Shown here piece after piece: positions 11,641-25,889 of a stretch of DNA of 64,000 nucleotides. This DNA comes from the human T2T-CHM13v2.0 reference genome, Homo sapiens. Location: assembly GCF_009914755.1 (NCBI RefSeq), contig NC_060930.1. One strand, written 5' to 3'. The translations under genes and the position numbers were made by a program. The notes under the pieces were generated by a model, which searched no databases, was not told the origin of the DNA, and saw only the letters and a program-made list of their open reading frames with translations. Each line of letters opens with the position of its first letter. Position 1 is the first letter of the stretch.

Positions 11641-14600
11641 AGAAATCCATGATTTCATAATACATTATGTAAAACCACACTCTATACCCTCATGATCAGA
11701 GCATTCTGGGAGCATCCTCCATAATCGGACTCCAGGCTTGAACAAGATACAGACAAAAGAGCACATTCTGAGGCCATCAGGCTCTGAGGCCAAGCTCACA
11801 GTGGCCCCTGTGAGAGGGGCTGGAAATAGGATAATCTGGCGGGTTCCTCACCTGATAGCTAAGGACACACCTAGGGAGAGTCACAGAGCAGAAATAATAA
11901 AAAAGAAGTTGCCTTTCTGGTGGAAGGAGAGAGAGTTCAGGGATTGTGAAAGAAGAGAAAGTGGGCTATTGTGAGGGAAATGCCATGTCCCCGTTCATTT
12001 TTGTGTAAAACTAAGCTGAACCTCACAGCAAGAAGCTAGTGGGAATTCATGGCTCACAGCTAAAGCTCATATTTGCATAATAATCAGACATAAATATGGA
12101 AGAACATAGTGATTTCTCTTCAAGGAAGACTGCAAGGTTAAACATTCTAGTATGATTCACGCCAATCCTCTAAGATGTATTGGGATCAGCCGGGGAGGCA
12201 ATGCTTAGCTGTTCACCCCTCCACTTGATTCTCAAGCGAGTTCTGAATGGACACCACCTCCAAGAGCTCGGACTCTGACAACTAGATCTGCTCTGAGAAA
12301 GTAGACAGAGGCAGCTGAGAAGAGCCTGGGACTCAAACCCATGACCCACCCACATTCCATCATCTGGGAGAAGGACCAGGCGGACATTTCTCTAAGTCAG
12401 GAATCAAGTTTTGTTCATTTTGTAGATTTGGCCTTTCAGACATAATTAAAAGTCCCCATGACATTTAACAAAAGTTTTCTAATTACTTTGCTTTTGTTCT
12501 CTGAGAAGCTAGGGCTGTCTCATTCCATCATGCCTGAGGTGTACATTAGATATTGTATTAAGGGTTTATTTCAGCACACTGAACAACTGTTCTTTTGAGG
12601 TGCTAGATTGTTACTGGGAACTAGATTGTTACTGGGGACTGCATGCTCAGGTAAGGATGGAAAAGTGGAAATTAAGGACCTAAATAAGTTTTAAGTTTTA
12701 TTTCCCCACCACCTAGACCATAAATCTCATTCTGAAAAAAAATATAGCTGATTTTGGTAATTATTAAGACACCTCAAATTAAACAGGAAATTTTCCTGGC
12801 TCAAAGAGATATTGATAAATGACTTTTCAAAGATAGGTAAATTTTCTTACTTAAACTAACAAGATATTAGATTTAAATTTTGAGATTATAGGTCATGCTC
12901 TGTTGGTATGATAGTGTTTTATTAAAAAAACTCACATTTTATATAGTGCAGTATTTTTAATTTTAACATTTACAACAGATATTGCATTATATGAAGTCAT
13001 TCTCACATTGTGGTTGAGATAATTGCTCAGGGTTGCAAAGCTAGTTAAGTAGTGAGGCTGGGAGTTAAAACACGGTCCTTTTTTTTTTTTTTCTACTGTT
13101 CCATGCTGCTTTTTCAGTAATGATTTATGATAATTGGGTTGTATTGTATTCATTTCTAGGTGAAAGTCTATTTAGTATTCATAAAACATCCCATTTAAAT
13201 TTTCTACAAAAACGAGTATGTCCAGTGCCATGCATATTTGTATAAATAATAGATTTTGTAACCTTTTTCTTTGCCCTTTCTCACAACTGATATAATAGGA
13301 GCCATAAAAATATTTAGTGAAGAAACATTTAACTTAAATAGCAGGAGATAAAAGAGCAATCCAAAGTGACAGTTCTAATCAAGCATAACACATGTAAACT
13401 TCCAAGTATATTAGGTTTCAGTTCTTCATCATTATTCAGAAAAATGTCTTTGTTACATGTCTTATGAGAAAAGATTGGAGGGAAGACAGTGGAGCAGCGA
13501 TTCACATTGTTTTGAGTATTGACATTGTTGGAATACAGCATAACATATTATATTATGAAGTTCCTGAGTCTGATCTTTTCAGAAATATTTCCAAAAAGAA
13601 ATGGAGCAATTTTCCATTACATTTTATAAAGAAGATAATTATTTAAACATATTTCTCCTAGGAAGGGGACAGCAAATTGCACTGCTTTTTATGTGCAGAC
13701 TTTATGAGGGAAAGAAAGCGATGACAGGAACTTGGAAATGAAGGCGTTTATACATTTTAGCTATAAAAAGCGTAAGAGAGAAAAATAAATATTTGTTCTG
13801 TTTAGCAGATGATCCCATATTGCAGTATAAGGCAATAGAGGTCCCTACATATAAAACGTAACTTTTTTCTTTGTCTGATTCTTACTTTTGGTCCTGAAAT
13901 GCAGACGTGAATAATTAGATAACTTTTATGATGTCTATATATCTGTGGGCTTGAAAAAGATATTTCACGAAGACCAATAGACATTTGTTATGTTGTTGAA
14001 TTTGCTTGAGACAAGACATCTTTCATTCATTTGTTTTCAGTTACTTGAAAGACAGTATGTTTAGCTAGCTACCTATGAATGTTGCCAAATGAGATCTAAG
14101 GAAACCATGATAGGTGAAAGACATCAGGGCTTTACATTCCTGGAGATCAGTCATGGAAAGAAAAGCCAGCTCTGAGATCAGTCAATTAGCCAGGCATGCT
14201 TAGTTTTCTCTGCTAATAGCAAGGCTTATTTTTGCCCAGTAGGGTCAAATGTTAAGAACAGTTTTGATTCAGCAGTAGTGCCCTTTAATACATTTGAATT
14301 TATTTATTTCGGAACATCTCTATACTTTCATTACACAGCAAGACATTTTCTGTTCCTTCAACATTTTTATTTGCCAGAAGTAGTTTACGACTTCATGCAG
14401 TCTACTTATTATTCATACTCAACCATGTGCAATCATAATAATTATTGATTGAACAATCTGGTCTTCATTAAAAGTATGTTAACTATTCTAATGAAATAAT
14501 ATGCATCATTTCTAATCTACAAGGGTTGGAAACTTTTGAATTCATAATATTGATTATGAGAAACCAAATTTCAAAAAATATGTCTATGAGGAGAAAAATA

Positions 14601-15604
14601 ATTTCTAAAATTTATTTTTTTTAAATCAGACCCAAATTATTAAAAACTTCACTTAACTAATGAAGTTAAATGCTTGATGAAAGCATTAAGCTCTGTTGGA
14701 AATAGTTGTAAAATATTTAGTATATGGTACATCAACCCTCTTTGATACTTAAGCAACCCTAGTACCCCCAGGTCAGTGCTCTGAAGGCCCTTTAAATGGA
14801 GATAAAGATCAGAACTGACACAGGGACCCCAGGGACCAATCCTGGAAAAATGTTTTGTTTGTTTTGTTTTGTAACTAAACAAATTCCTGTGAACCCTTTG
14901 TTGTCGTTTTTCTAAATCCTTCAAAAAAAGAAGAAGCATTTGGAAGACACAACAGATTCAGGCGACAAAACATTTCAAGTTTCTGCTACAGGTAGAATCG
15001 TATGTTCTTTAGAATTTCAGTTGAAATAGATAACATATTTCCATGATGGACTTGTATTGTCTCTTAGAGACACTTACAACTTTTGTTGTTGTTGTTGTCC
15101 TTGTTGTTGCTATTTAAATAACTCTCTTCAGCACGTAGAATACATGCCAAATGTATTTGTAAATGATTTGTAATGTAAGTGATTTGTAAATGAATGATTT
15201 GTAAAATCTGTACATTGCATTACTTCGGTCCAGAGTTAGGGGCCATTTAGATCTGGTGGCTGGTGTGAATGAACATAAGTTCAATCTCTGTTCAAGGTTT
15301 ATTTCAATGACCATAGATTGTGTCTCTAACTGTTGAGTCATCTCACAAATTTATGACTAAATAGGGTGTGGGCAAGAGAGAACAGATTTACAAATACTAT
15401 CTCAAGGCTTGTCATCTACATACTGCAACAATATTATTAGTATTGAATTAATAATTAATTGGTATCTAATGAATATTAATATTCGTATCTAATTACTGTT
15501 AAATAGTGCTGGTGTTTTCTAGTTTATCTGTCAAATCAAAACATTAGCTTAATTTTTTTAAGTATTTCATATGGAAACAATTTACCAGCTAATTGTCAAA
15601 TTAT

Positions 15605-15755
15605 TTATTTTCTGTGCTTCAGTTTTCTCATCTGTAAGTTAGGGCAAAAGTGCCAACATGAGAGGGCCTTTGGGAAGATAAAAACAGATAATATGCAAAG
15701 TATTTAACAAATCCTAGTGTATAGTAATATCCAAATAAATGTTAGCACTAGTTAT
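15605..15755 (+). mobile_element. MIR
   Basis: MIR core tctgtgcttcagttttctcatctgtaag...; 3' end taaatgttagc. Confidence 0.65.
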
Positions 15756-16518
15756 TCAAGTTTTTCAATAATTTTAAATGCTTTCCAATAGAACAGATAC
15801 TAACATTCATTCAACAAATACTTATGAAGCACGTATCACATGCAAGTCCATGGTCAGATGTGTATCTGTGACTATGTTCAAAACCACTTACACCCTATTT
15901 TTAAATACTGCGCTATGTTTAAAATGTTTCCTAAGTGCTTTGCAGAAAAACCAGACAAGGCAGAAATAAGTCAAATAAGCCAAACAGGTCATCTCTGACA
16001 GCTTATGTGAAGTCTTCTTTCTAAAAGTTCGAAAATGTGGAGTCTTTCTGTGCATTCACTAAGGGAGGATGGGCTGTCAGCTGGCGGAACAGTGTGTGAG
16101 ATCTTTGTAGATGACGCGGCACCATCCAGAAGGGAGGGTACGTATTGCCTGGCTCTTCTGGGGTTGACTTTATTCTTGGTGCAACCTAACAGGGATTGGT
16201 CACAGAGAGGAGTGATCTTTGCATATGATTGCTACTGGGCCCTCCACAAAGTCCAGGCCTGTCCGGAGACCAGCATTAGACAACAAAGAAGCCTCCTGAG
16301 GCTGCGAGGAGCCCGTCAGCCACTTAGTGAGCTGCCTCTGCATCTCCAGTTCTGCTGGGATCCGGGATTCTTATTATGGCCTGGCAACCTCCAGGTTACT
16401 CACAACTGGCACAAGAGGGTATCTGAGTGACATTGTTAAGCAGTAATTAGAAACAGTTGATTAGTCAGAGTGGTATTTGGTTTGACTCGGGGTAATTTTG
16501 TTTTTGTAAGTCTTGGGT

Positions 16519-16816
16519 TTTTTTTTTTTTTTTTTGAAACGAAGTCTCGCTCTTGTCCCCCAGGCTGGAGTGTGATGGCTGATCTCGGCTCACCAGAACG
16601 TCCACCTGCAGATTCAAGCGATTCTCTTGCCTCAGCCTCCCAAGTAGCTGGGATTACAGGCGCCTGCCATCATGCCTGGCTAATTTTTGTATTTTTAGTA
16701 GAGATGGAGTTTCACCATGTTGGCCAGGCTGATCTCTAACTCCTGACCTCAGGTGATCCACCTGCCTCGGCCTCCTAAATTGTTGGGATTACAGGCGTGA
16801 GCCACCGTGCCCGGCC
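16519..16816 (-). mobile_element. AluS
   Basis: Full antisense Alu. TSD agtcttgggt at 16509-16518 and 16817-16826. Confidence 0.95.
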
Positions 16817-16962
16817 AGTCTTGGGTATGTTTTTAGGAGCCGTTGGACTTCAGATATAAAAAGCAAGCTTGAGCTAACTCCTCCAGTTTCCCCATTTAGT
16901 AAATGAAGAAAGCGATGTCCAAAGAGGGTGAATACTCTCCATCCTTTAAAAAGGATACAAAG

Positions 16963-17616
16963 CATTGTTTTTTTTTCTTTTACATTTGTTTAAGTTCCTT
17001 ACAGATGCTGGATATTAGACCTTTGTCAGATGCATAGTTTGCAAATATTTTCTCTCATTCTGTAGATTGTTTACTCTGTTGATATATTCTTTTGCTGTGC
17101 AGAAGCTCTTGTTTAATTAGATCCCATTTGTCAATTTTTGCTTTTGTTGTCATTGCTTTTGGCTATTCACAATAGCAAAGATATGGAATCAACCTAATGT
17201 GTGCCCATCAGTGACAGATTGTATAAAGCAAATGTGGTACATATACACCATGGAATACTATGCAGCCATGAAAAAGAACGAGATCATATCTTCTGCGGGA
17301 ACATGGATGGAGCTGGAGGCCATTAACTTCAGCAAACTAACGCAGGAACAGAAAAACAAACACTGCATGCTCTCTCTTATAAGTGGGAGCTAAATGATGA
17401 GAACTCATGGACACAAAGAAGAGAACAGCAGACACTGGGATCTACTTGAGGGTGGAGGGTGGGAGGAGGGAGAGGAGCAGAAAAAACAACTATTGAGTAC
17501 TAGGCTTAGTACCTGGGTGATGAAATAATCTGTACAACAAATCCCTGTGACACGAGTTTACCTGTATAACAAACCTGCACAGGTACCCCCAAACCTAAAA
17601 TACAAGTTAAAAAAAT
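16963..17616 (+). mobile_element. 5'-truncated, 5'-inverted primate L1 (L1PA13-16-like)
   Basis: Antisense ORF2 piece 16963-17162 joined to sense ORF2 end/3' UTR 17163-17616 with A-tail. ORF 17199 MWYIYTMEYYAAMKKNEI is the L1 ORF2 C-terminus. TSD aaaa(g/t)gatacaaag at 16949-16962 and 17617-17630. Confidence 0.9.
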
Positions 17617-17639
17617 AAAATGATACAAAGGGGCCATGT

Positions 17640-17890
17640 TCATGGTAGCTACCAGCACAGGCTTTGGAGACTGTGCTTGGGATTTTATTCTTCCTCCTCT
17701 ACCTACAAGTTTTCTAAACTTGAGAAAGTCATTATATCTTCCTGTACCTAAATTTCTTCATCTATAAAATGGGCCTAATGATAATGTCAACCTCAGAAAT
17801 TGCTGTGAATAAATGAGATCTTATGTAGGTGTTTAGTAAAGGACCTGTGTAGCCTGTATTAAGTGTTCAAAGTTCTCTCATTATTATTAT
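17640..17890 (+). mobile_element. MIR
   Basis: MIR core ctgtacctaaatttcttcatctataaaatggg; ATT-rich tail. Confidence 0.65.
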
Positions 17891-18269
17891 TGTTGCATTG
17901 ATTGTTATTAATCTGGGGAGACCAACGTTAGAAATTTGAAACCAGAAGATAATAACTGACAATCAAATGTCCCTTCTTGCTCTGAAATTTTGACTCTAAA
18001 CCACAATGTGTCTTTCTAATAAGCTAGATAAGTGATAGGGGAATTTTTGTGTTTAGTAACATTTGTTTTTGTTATTTGTTATTCATTTGTATGTCTCCCG
18101 TGTCAGTATTCAAAGTACTTCAGAGAATCAGATACTAATACATAAAATTTATACTTGTAATGTAAAATATTTAAAAGAATTTGATTAATTTATAAAGAAT
18201 ATTTGAAAGTGTTTGCGTTGGGTTTATGTTTCTTGTGACTTTAATCTGAAATGTTTAAGATAACATTTC

Positions 18270-19430
18270 AAAGTATAACTATGAAAAGGGAAGCTATATG
18301 TTTACTAGGGAAAATATATAGTGCTATCTTTATGACATTGAGATAGGGAAAGGCTTGCAGGTAAGAAACAAAACCCCAAAATCATGAAGGCTCGTAAAGT
18401 CAAGTTCATCAAGAGGCAAAACTTTGGTACTACCCTCAAAACTGTTTAAAATAAAAACTAAATTGGAGGAAAATATTTGCTTTATGTGTCTGACAGAGGA
18501 TTCTCCTCCAAAACTTATTTCAATTATTTTACAAGTTGGTCGGGAAAAGTCAAATAACACACTAGGAAAATGTTCAAACTGTGAGAATAAGATCCGGGCA
18601 TGGTGGTGCCCACCTATAATTCCAACACTTTGAGAGACCGAGGTGGGAGGATTACATGGGGCCAGGAGTTTGAGACCAGCCTGGGCAACATGGCGAGACC
18701 CCATCTCTACAAAAATATTTGTTTAAATGTAAAAATATGCAATTCATATTAGAAAAAATATAAATGGACAACAGGTACATGGGAAATAAAGGACATCTTT
18801 AATAAAAATGAGAGGAATGCAAATTAAAACAAGATATGGTTTTTATAACCAGGTAGGCAAATATTAAGAACCTAAGCACATCTGGTATGGCAGGGCTGTA
18901 GAGGAAGCAGTGTCTTCAGACACAACTGGCAGAGGGAGGTCTGAGTTGATGGGGCCATTTGGAAAAACAATCTGGCAGTATTTATTAGAGCTACACGTGC
19001 AGGCTCTATGTTCCAGCAATCCCCACTCCCTTACATCAGCTCTAGAGGAACACTTGCCAAGGGGACATGAACGAAAAAATTCATTGTGTGGTGTTTTTCT
19101 CTACTGAAAAATTGTGAAGAACCTAAATGCCTTTCAATAGAGTAATGTCTGAATAAACGACAGTATTTTCCTTTTTCTAGAATGCTAAGCAGAACTAAAA
19201 AGAAAGCGTTAGATAGATGGATGGATCTCCAAGACATGTTTTGAGATAAAATAACCAGTTGCAGAAAAATTTATACAATGGGATCCAATTTATTTTAAAA
19301 ATATAGAAAGATATAAACAAATGAAGTATAGAATGATGGAGTCGTATATCTCTATGTAAAAGCACAGGAAAAGGCATGGAATGATACATGTAGCACATAG
19401 CTCTGGACGTCCCTGGAGAGACGCTGAAGG
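18270..19430 (+). mobile_element. Old L1M (L1ME-like) 3' remnant interrupted by a FLAM
   Basis: A-rich L1 ORF2/3'-type phrases (aatgcaaattaaaacaagatatgg, ggaaaaacaatctggcagtattt, aacctaaatgcctttcaatag). Confidence 0.65.
18591..18717 (+). mobile_element. Alu monomer (FLAM)
   Basis: Single left-arm-type monomer ending ccccatctctacaaaaata. Confidence 0.85.
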
Positions 19431-20354
19431 TTGTGGGACAGGCAATCAGGAGGTGATGGGGTTTTATGAGGCAAATGAATAATACAGTTGTTTTCTACCC
19501 GAGTTGGGAACAGATTAATATATAGATAGGGACCCAAATATCAGCTCTGTGACTGAGGAAGGTGATAATGGAGCAGGTGGCTTAGTTTCATAATCAAGCA
19601 GGCTTGCAGTGGTCCTGTTCCTCACCTCCTATCATTTTTTGCTCCCCTGCATTCCCTCCGCACCATCCACCAGCAGGCTAAGCTTTGGGACAGTCCATGA
19701 GAAAGGGAGCTTAGTTCTGCATAACCTCTGATTGGAGCCAGAAAATAAAGAGACGGATAGCTCAATCTTACAGCATTTTCATAGATTGGCTCCATCCTCC
19801 TTAAAAATATGAGCCAGTGGTCACCACCAACAATTAGTTAATGAGTTGCTCCTTCTCATCCCCAGGAGCAGGGAGGATGGAAGTCGTGGAACACAAGGAG
19901 CTCAAGGCCAAGGTTGCTCTCCTGCTTTTACCATTATGACTACTATTGTTCCATGAAGGTGAGTATCACTTACAAGTAACAGTATCACCTACAAGTAATG
20001 TTTTTTTAAAAAGAAAATGTATCCATGTAATACACATAAGCAAAACCAAAAGTTCAGTAGAAATCTACAATGATGTTAGGCATTTTTCCCAACAGTAGTT
20101 ACTTATAAATAATGTTTTGTTTATTTATTATTTATACTTACTTATTTATTATTTATAAATAATGCTTCCAAAAATGATCCTGTTAATATAAAACAAAAAT
20201 TAAGATATAAAACATGAGAAACTAAACAGCTATGACATGAATTTTCTTTTAAAAGACTGGAAAGCATTTATCTTGTAGAAATTTCAAATAAGCTTTATAT
20301 CAATATGCACTCAAGATATTGAATAGCATTTGCAAAATAAATTATTAAAATGTC

Positions 20355-20500
20355 TGATCATTTACTGTGTGCTAGGTATCCTGCTAAACACTTCACATTT
20401 TTTTTCGTTTAATCCTTCTATTAATACTATGAGGTTGGCACTCTTTTTCAGTTAAGGAAACTGAGGCTGAGAATGGATAAATATTTGCCTGAGGCCCCGG
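20355..20500 (-). mobile_element. MIR
   Basis: tttactgtgtgctagg...tttaatcct...aaggaaactgaggctgaga. Confidence 0.65.
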
Positions 20501-21364
20501 AAAATGTTGGCCCACTTCTACTGTGTATTTATCTTACTTTTTCTTCATGCATATTCTTTTCTAACTACAGGCCCATTATTTGCTAAGCTGAATAAGAGCA
20601 TTTTAAATTAAAATAAATTCAGTTGTTTTCTCGGCATATACATTTGCAGCGATTCACAAACTTCAATCTTCATCTACTGAGGAGAAAGAGTTCTTTATTC
20701 TTATAAACTATAATTATAAGCATTCAATATTTTCAGAGGAAGAAAATGTATCTGTTTATACTAAGTATTTAAAAATCACCTACGGATTTGCTCTAATTGT
20801 CAGTTTCTCCAAAATTATTATTGTTTCTTAATCTCTTAACAAGTAATTATAAATAGATGTGTTGTTATGAAAAATAAGAAAGATATTCGGTGTTTCCTGT
20901 ATTTCATAAACACCACGTCATTTTCTTTATCAAAATTTCCATTGAAAGATTGTAAGAGCATTAGGCCACCTTCTGGGCTTAAGTGTGTATGAGAAGAAGC
21001 CACAACTTCTTTTCCCTCTGGATCACCTCAGGTCTTACTTTACAATGTTACAAATCCACACGAGATTAATATTCAAATCCGTGAACATATCTTTGTTTTC
21101 ATTTGTGGTAAAGGATCTTTTATTGTAGGTGCTGCTTAATGCTGAATAGGCTTGAAAAAGATGTATCTTCAAGTACAGGTGTAAACAACATGTGATTTCA
21201 TTAAGATAGACGTAGCTATATTGCAATGATGGCAGTTTGGTCAGTTTCATAGGTCAACAAACATCTGTCAGGGTAAGACCTCATGCTCTGAATATGCAGG
21301 CAGTCTTATAATTCTGACTATACATATGTTTATTTTTTGTAACTTAAGCAAAATTTTTTTTAGA

Positions 21365-21863
<499 letters not shown>

Positions 21864-22879
21864 TAACTTGGCTTATAAACTCTATCAGATCTGTTATTAC
21901 AGAGAACTGAAGTAATCCAAAAGAAAAGTATTCGGAGACTTTGAGTAGATTCTCAAAACAACAGACACCCAAATGCTGAAACATTGACGCCCTCGCTACA
22001 GTCAGTACAGGAAAATGTGAATATTATCCTGGATGCCATCATAGTGATACAAGTTGCAAAGGTGAGAGCTTGTATTTGTCAAAGTGTAGAAGTGGTTCTT
22101 CTTACATCATAAAACATGGATGCTAACATCTAGATGACTTACCTTAAAATCCCATTTTTTTCTCTTTTGATCATAATAATGCATTTTGTGGTACAAATAA
22201 GAGAGGCTATTTTCTTTGCCAAAATAGCTTGAGAGTGATCAGAGCCGAGATATGGAAACTATGGAATACCTCATATTTCTTCTCCTGAAAGCTGATTACC
22301 CAGATATCCAAATTCATTATTCTGTAGTTTATTCTCAGTGTATTTTCCTAAGATTTGGAAATTAGACAAGTTCATACATGGGGCCCAGAGTTTCAAGCAC
22401 TTCCTGTATTAACAGTAGATTACAAAGATAGCATGAAAAATCGGAAAAGAATTGAAGATGCCAACTAACGCACCTAAAAATCAATTTCATGAACTTGTCA
22501 TGTTGAAAAGTCAAATAGAAAATAATTTATGTGTGATATCAGTACCATCTTTTCCTTTTTTTCTTAAAACAAAAATTTCCCTTTTATTTAAAGAAAAGAG
22601 AAAAATAAGAGAAAATAAAGTATATGAAGAATCACACTCAGAAATTGCTTCTTCCTGTCGTGCCTCAGGGATGTGAAGCAAAAAAATAACAGGCATATTG
22701 ATCATAAAGCTGACAGGTTATTGGTGACTCTAAGAGATCTATTGTCCCATCCCCAACTAGCAGCAAAAGTTCTGATGACATGTGAATTGATATGAAATCA
22801 GGTTTCATAGTGATTTCAAAGAAGGTTTTCAGTTTAGTTCAGGGCTGAAGGAAATGTCTGTTTCTTTGGAGAGGAAAGA

Positions 22880-23120
22880 TGATGTGACATAGTGATTGAG
22901 TCTTGAACCAGGGGCCAGAGTACGTGGGTTCTTCCCTCAATCTCACCTCTTGGGTTCTTTGTGACTTGCTATCTCTGATCTTCCATTCTTTCCTTCTTAA
23001 AGAATAGTGCGTGCCATGCCTGCATCAAAAGAGTCTTGCGAGGAAGATCCAGTGAGGAAATGTGTATAATTGCCTAATAATATATAAACAGTACTGTGCA
23101 AGTAGAAGGTGTCATTAATA
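22880..23120 (+). mobile_element. MIR remnant
   Basis: Degenerate MIR 5' and core features. Confidence 0.45.
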
Positions 23121-24257
23121 ACATCAGAATGCCTTTGCGATTACAAATGTGGGTGACACTGTGTGCATGAGTACTGCAGGATGTGGCGTCCAATCACATG
23201 GTGGCCCTCCCCGGTGACTCAAGAAAGGATGCACATCTCAGCACTGAAGGAGACCTGATTTTTCTAAAGTGAAGAAGTAAAAATGATGCCAGAGACCAAA
23301 CTGCAGTATAACATTATTCATGGGGGAGTCTGTATCACAGGACATTTAAAGGGAGAAAACTTACGTATAAAAAAAGAAAATGTGCTTTCAACTAGAACAG
23401 CAAGAAAAATGATTTTTTTTAATTCCAGTAAAAATTTAAGCCAAAACGAAACAAGAGAAACTTCAGGAGTCTACCAATCCTAGTTGTAATCCTTTTGAAA
23501 AACAGGAAAACTTGAGAACAAGAGAACAAACAAGGTAGAACAAAGTTGTTTTTACTGGTCTAACATCCTCTGTAGTATTAATTAGATACATGAAACACCC
23601 AGAAGGAGAACTAAGTGAGAGAAAGAGAAGGAAAGGCAAATTTAAAGGATGTGACTCCTGTTCTGTGGAGCAGACTCGCTTTAGCATCCTCTTCTGTTTA
23701 TTAAATATTGTGTGCAAATGTCTGGGGTGCCAGCTACGTTATGGAGTTCTTGGAGATATGTTCTACAGTGATCTTTCAGATAAAAGCCCTTCTTTTTTAG
23801 ATGAGAAGTTTAACTGAGTTAACTAAGTTTTAATCAATTAATTTAATCTTGTCCTACTTGGACTAGAATTTAGATGATGTCCTGATTTCTCATCTTTTTG
23901 CCACCTTTCATGGTTTTTCACATTTATAAGATAAGATCATTTAATTATGGGACAGTGATTTCAACTCATTTTTGGATTCGTCTAGCCATCTACACTCAAA
24001 ATCGTAGTGTGGCACATACCTCTAATATTCATATATAAGCCCAAATTAACTATATCGTAATAATTTTGTTATATCCCTTGAGATACAATATACAAAAGCA
24101 AGAGATAGAATTTATGGTTGTATTTGCCCATGTGAAGTTACTGAAGTTTGAACAATAAATAGCTAACAAAAATAAATTTAAAAGAATTTCAGATAATTAA
24201 ACTCAACATTATTTTAAGGAGCTACAGTGGCAGGGATTCCAGGCCAAATCACATTGT

Positions 24258-24358
<101 letters not shown>

Positions 24359-25889
24359 TTTGGGGGGAAGTGGGAGCAATTTGTCAGAACGTAAAAGAGA
24401 ACTATTTGAATTCTGTCAAATCATTTTACCTGGGGAACACTTAGATGTTGGAGGATTACCTTTTCCTTTGGCTTCAAGAGAAAATAGGCAGTGTTTTCAG
24501 CAAACATCATGATTTTTGATCTCTCAAAGCCTTTGTATTGAGAATACAGATGATATATTTGTCTCTATTTTGTACTCGGATCTGGAATTTCCTAGAATGT
24601 TACCTACAAAAGATTTAGATATAAATATCTTGAAGAACTTTCAGCACAAATGTCAAAATTTTTTCTTTGTCACCTGTTTACCAATTACAGTATCATCACA
24701 CTAAACACAGACTCAAACTTCTCTTCATTCCACTATTCCAGAATGGAACACAAAAATGGTATATTTTGATCTGTATTTATTGCCATTGATTAATGTGGCA
24801 TTCGCAAACAATCCCATTTGGGCAGACCATGTTTGCATTTTAATTTCATTGCAATCAACGTAATGAAGCTATTGATCGTTTCTTCCATTTTCCCTTTCAT
24901 TTGCCTCTTAAATTTGAACCGCAGCCCTTTGTGCCTCAATCTGTTGTCACAGATGGAATTTCTTAGAATGCATTTCCTGTTTCTCTGAAGCAGTTAGAAT
25001 CGAAAAAAATCACTTCATATCATACATTTAAATTCCACCAATAAAATCAAAACTTTTATGAGTCATTATGCAATTGTCCCATAGAGTAAAAGGTTCAGCT
25101 GAAAAGTGATATGTATTATTATTTCATTGCAACTTTATAAAACTTTCCTAGGAGAAGTCATTATTTATTTAAAAATAAAAAGCAGTGGAAGTCTCTAAAA
25201 TATTTTTTACACATTTCAGGCTAAGGTTTAATATTCATACATGTGTACACACACACAATGAATATTTAGAGGTAAAATTTCTGAAAGAAACATTTTTATA
25301 TTAAAAAGGAAGGGACTTCTGATTATGAACATGACTAAATAACAGGTTTTGAATGTAGCTACTGAAAAGTAATGAACTCTCAAACTGGACAAAAATGATG
25401 AAGTAACTGTTTTCAGACATTGGACAACTTACCACAAAGGGCTGTTGTCCATTCAAGATGGAATCACAGGCAGGCAGACACACCTTGCCTTTAGCTTTCT
25501 GCCTGGGGCACTTTCCACACTGTGGTGTAAGGCGTTCACCCAGATTGACAGCAGTGGTCTTGCTGGGTGGAGGGAACAGTAGAGTTCAGGGCCACTGACG
25601 CAGCTATAATTTTTGAAGAGGCATATCCAGAGAGGAAAAAGCTGCACGGAAGCGTAGCTCTAGAAATCTGCATATAGGTTCTTTTGAGTCATTGGCATGC
25701 ACATGTGAAACTCCATGATTTCTGGCAGAGAAGGGCTATAAGAGGCTCTGAGTTGAACTGGGACACTGCAGGTTCCACAGTGCTGAGGGGCACTGGCGTT
25801 CTGACCTGGCAGAGTGGAGTCATTTCACGTAATACCTCAGGCATTCTGTTTTGAAATCACAGAAAAGCCACACCTTAAAAGTAGGACTG

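Noticed and set aside
12603-12636. 16-bp direct repeat ctagattgttactggg x2 (similar small duplications at about 19962-19998 and 40043-40100)
   Set aside because: Ordinary short slippage duplications with no further structure.
16035-16430. 131-aa ORF in unique sequence
   Set aside because: No recognisable domain or clear exon context; length is within chance expectation for a GC-richer patch.
17199-17393. ORF with MWYIYTMEYYAAMKKNEI
   Set aside because: Dead L1 ORF2 C-terminal remnant.
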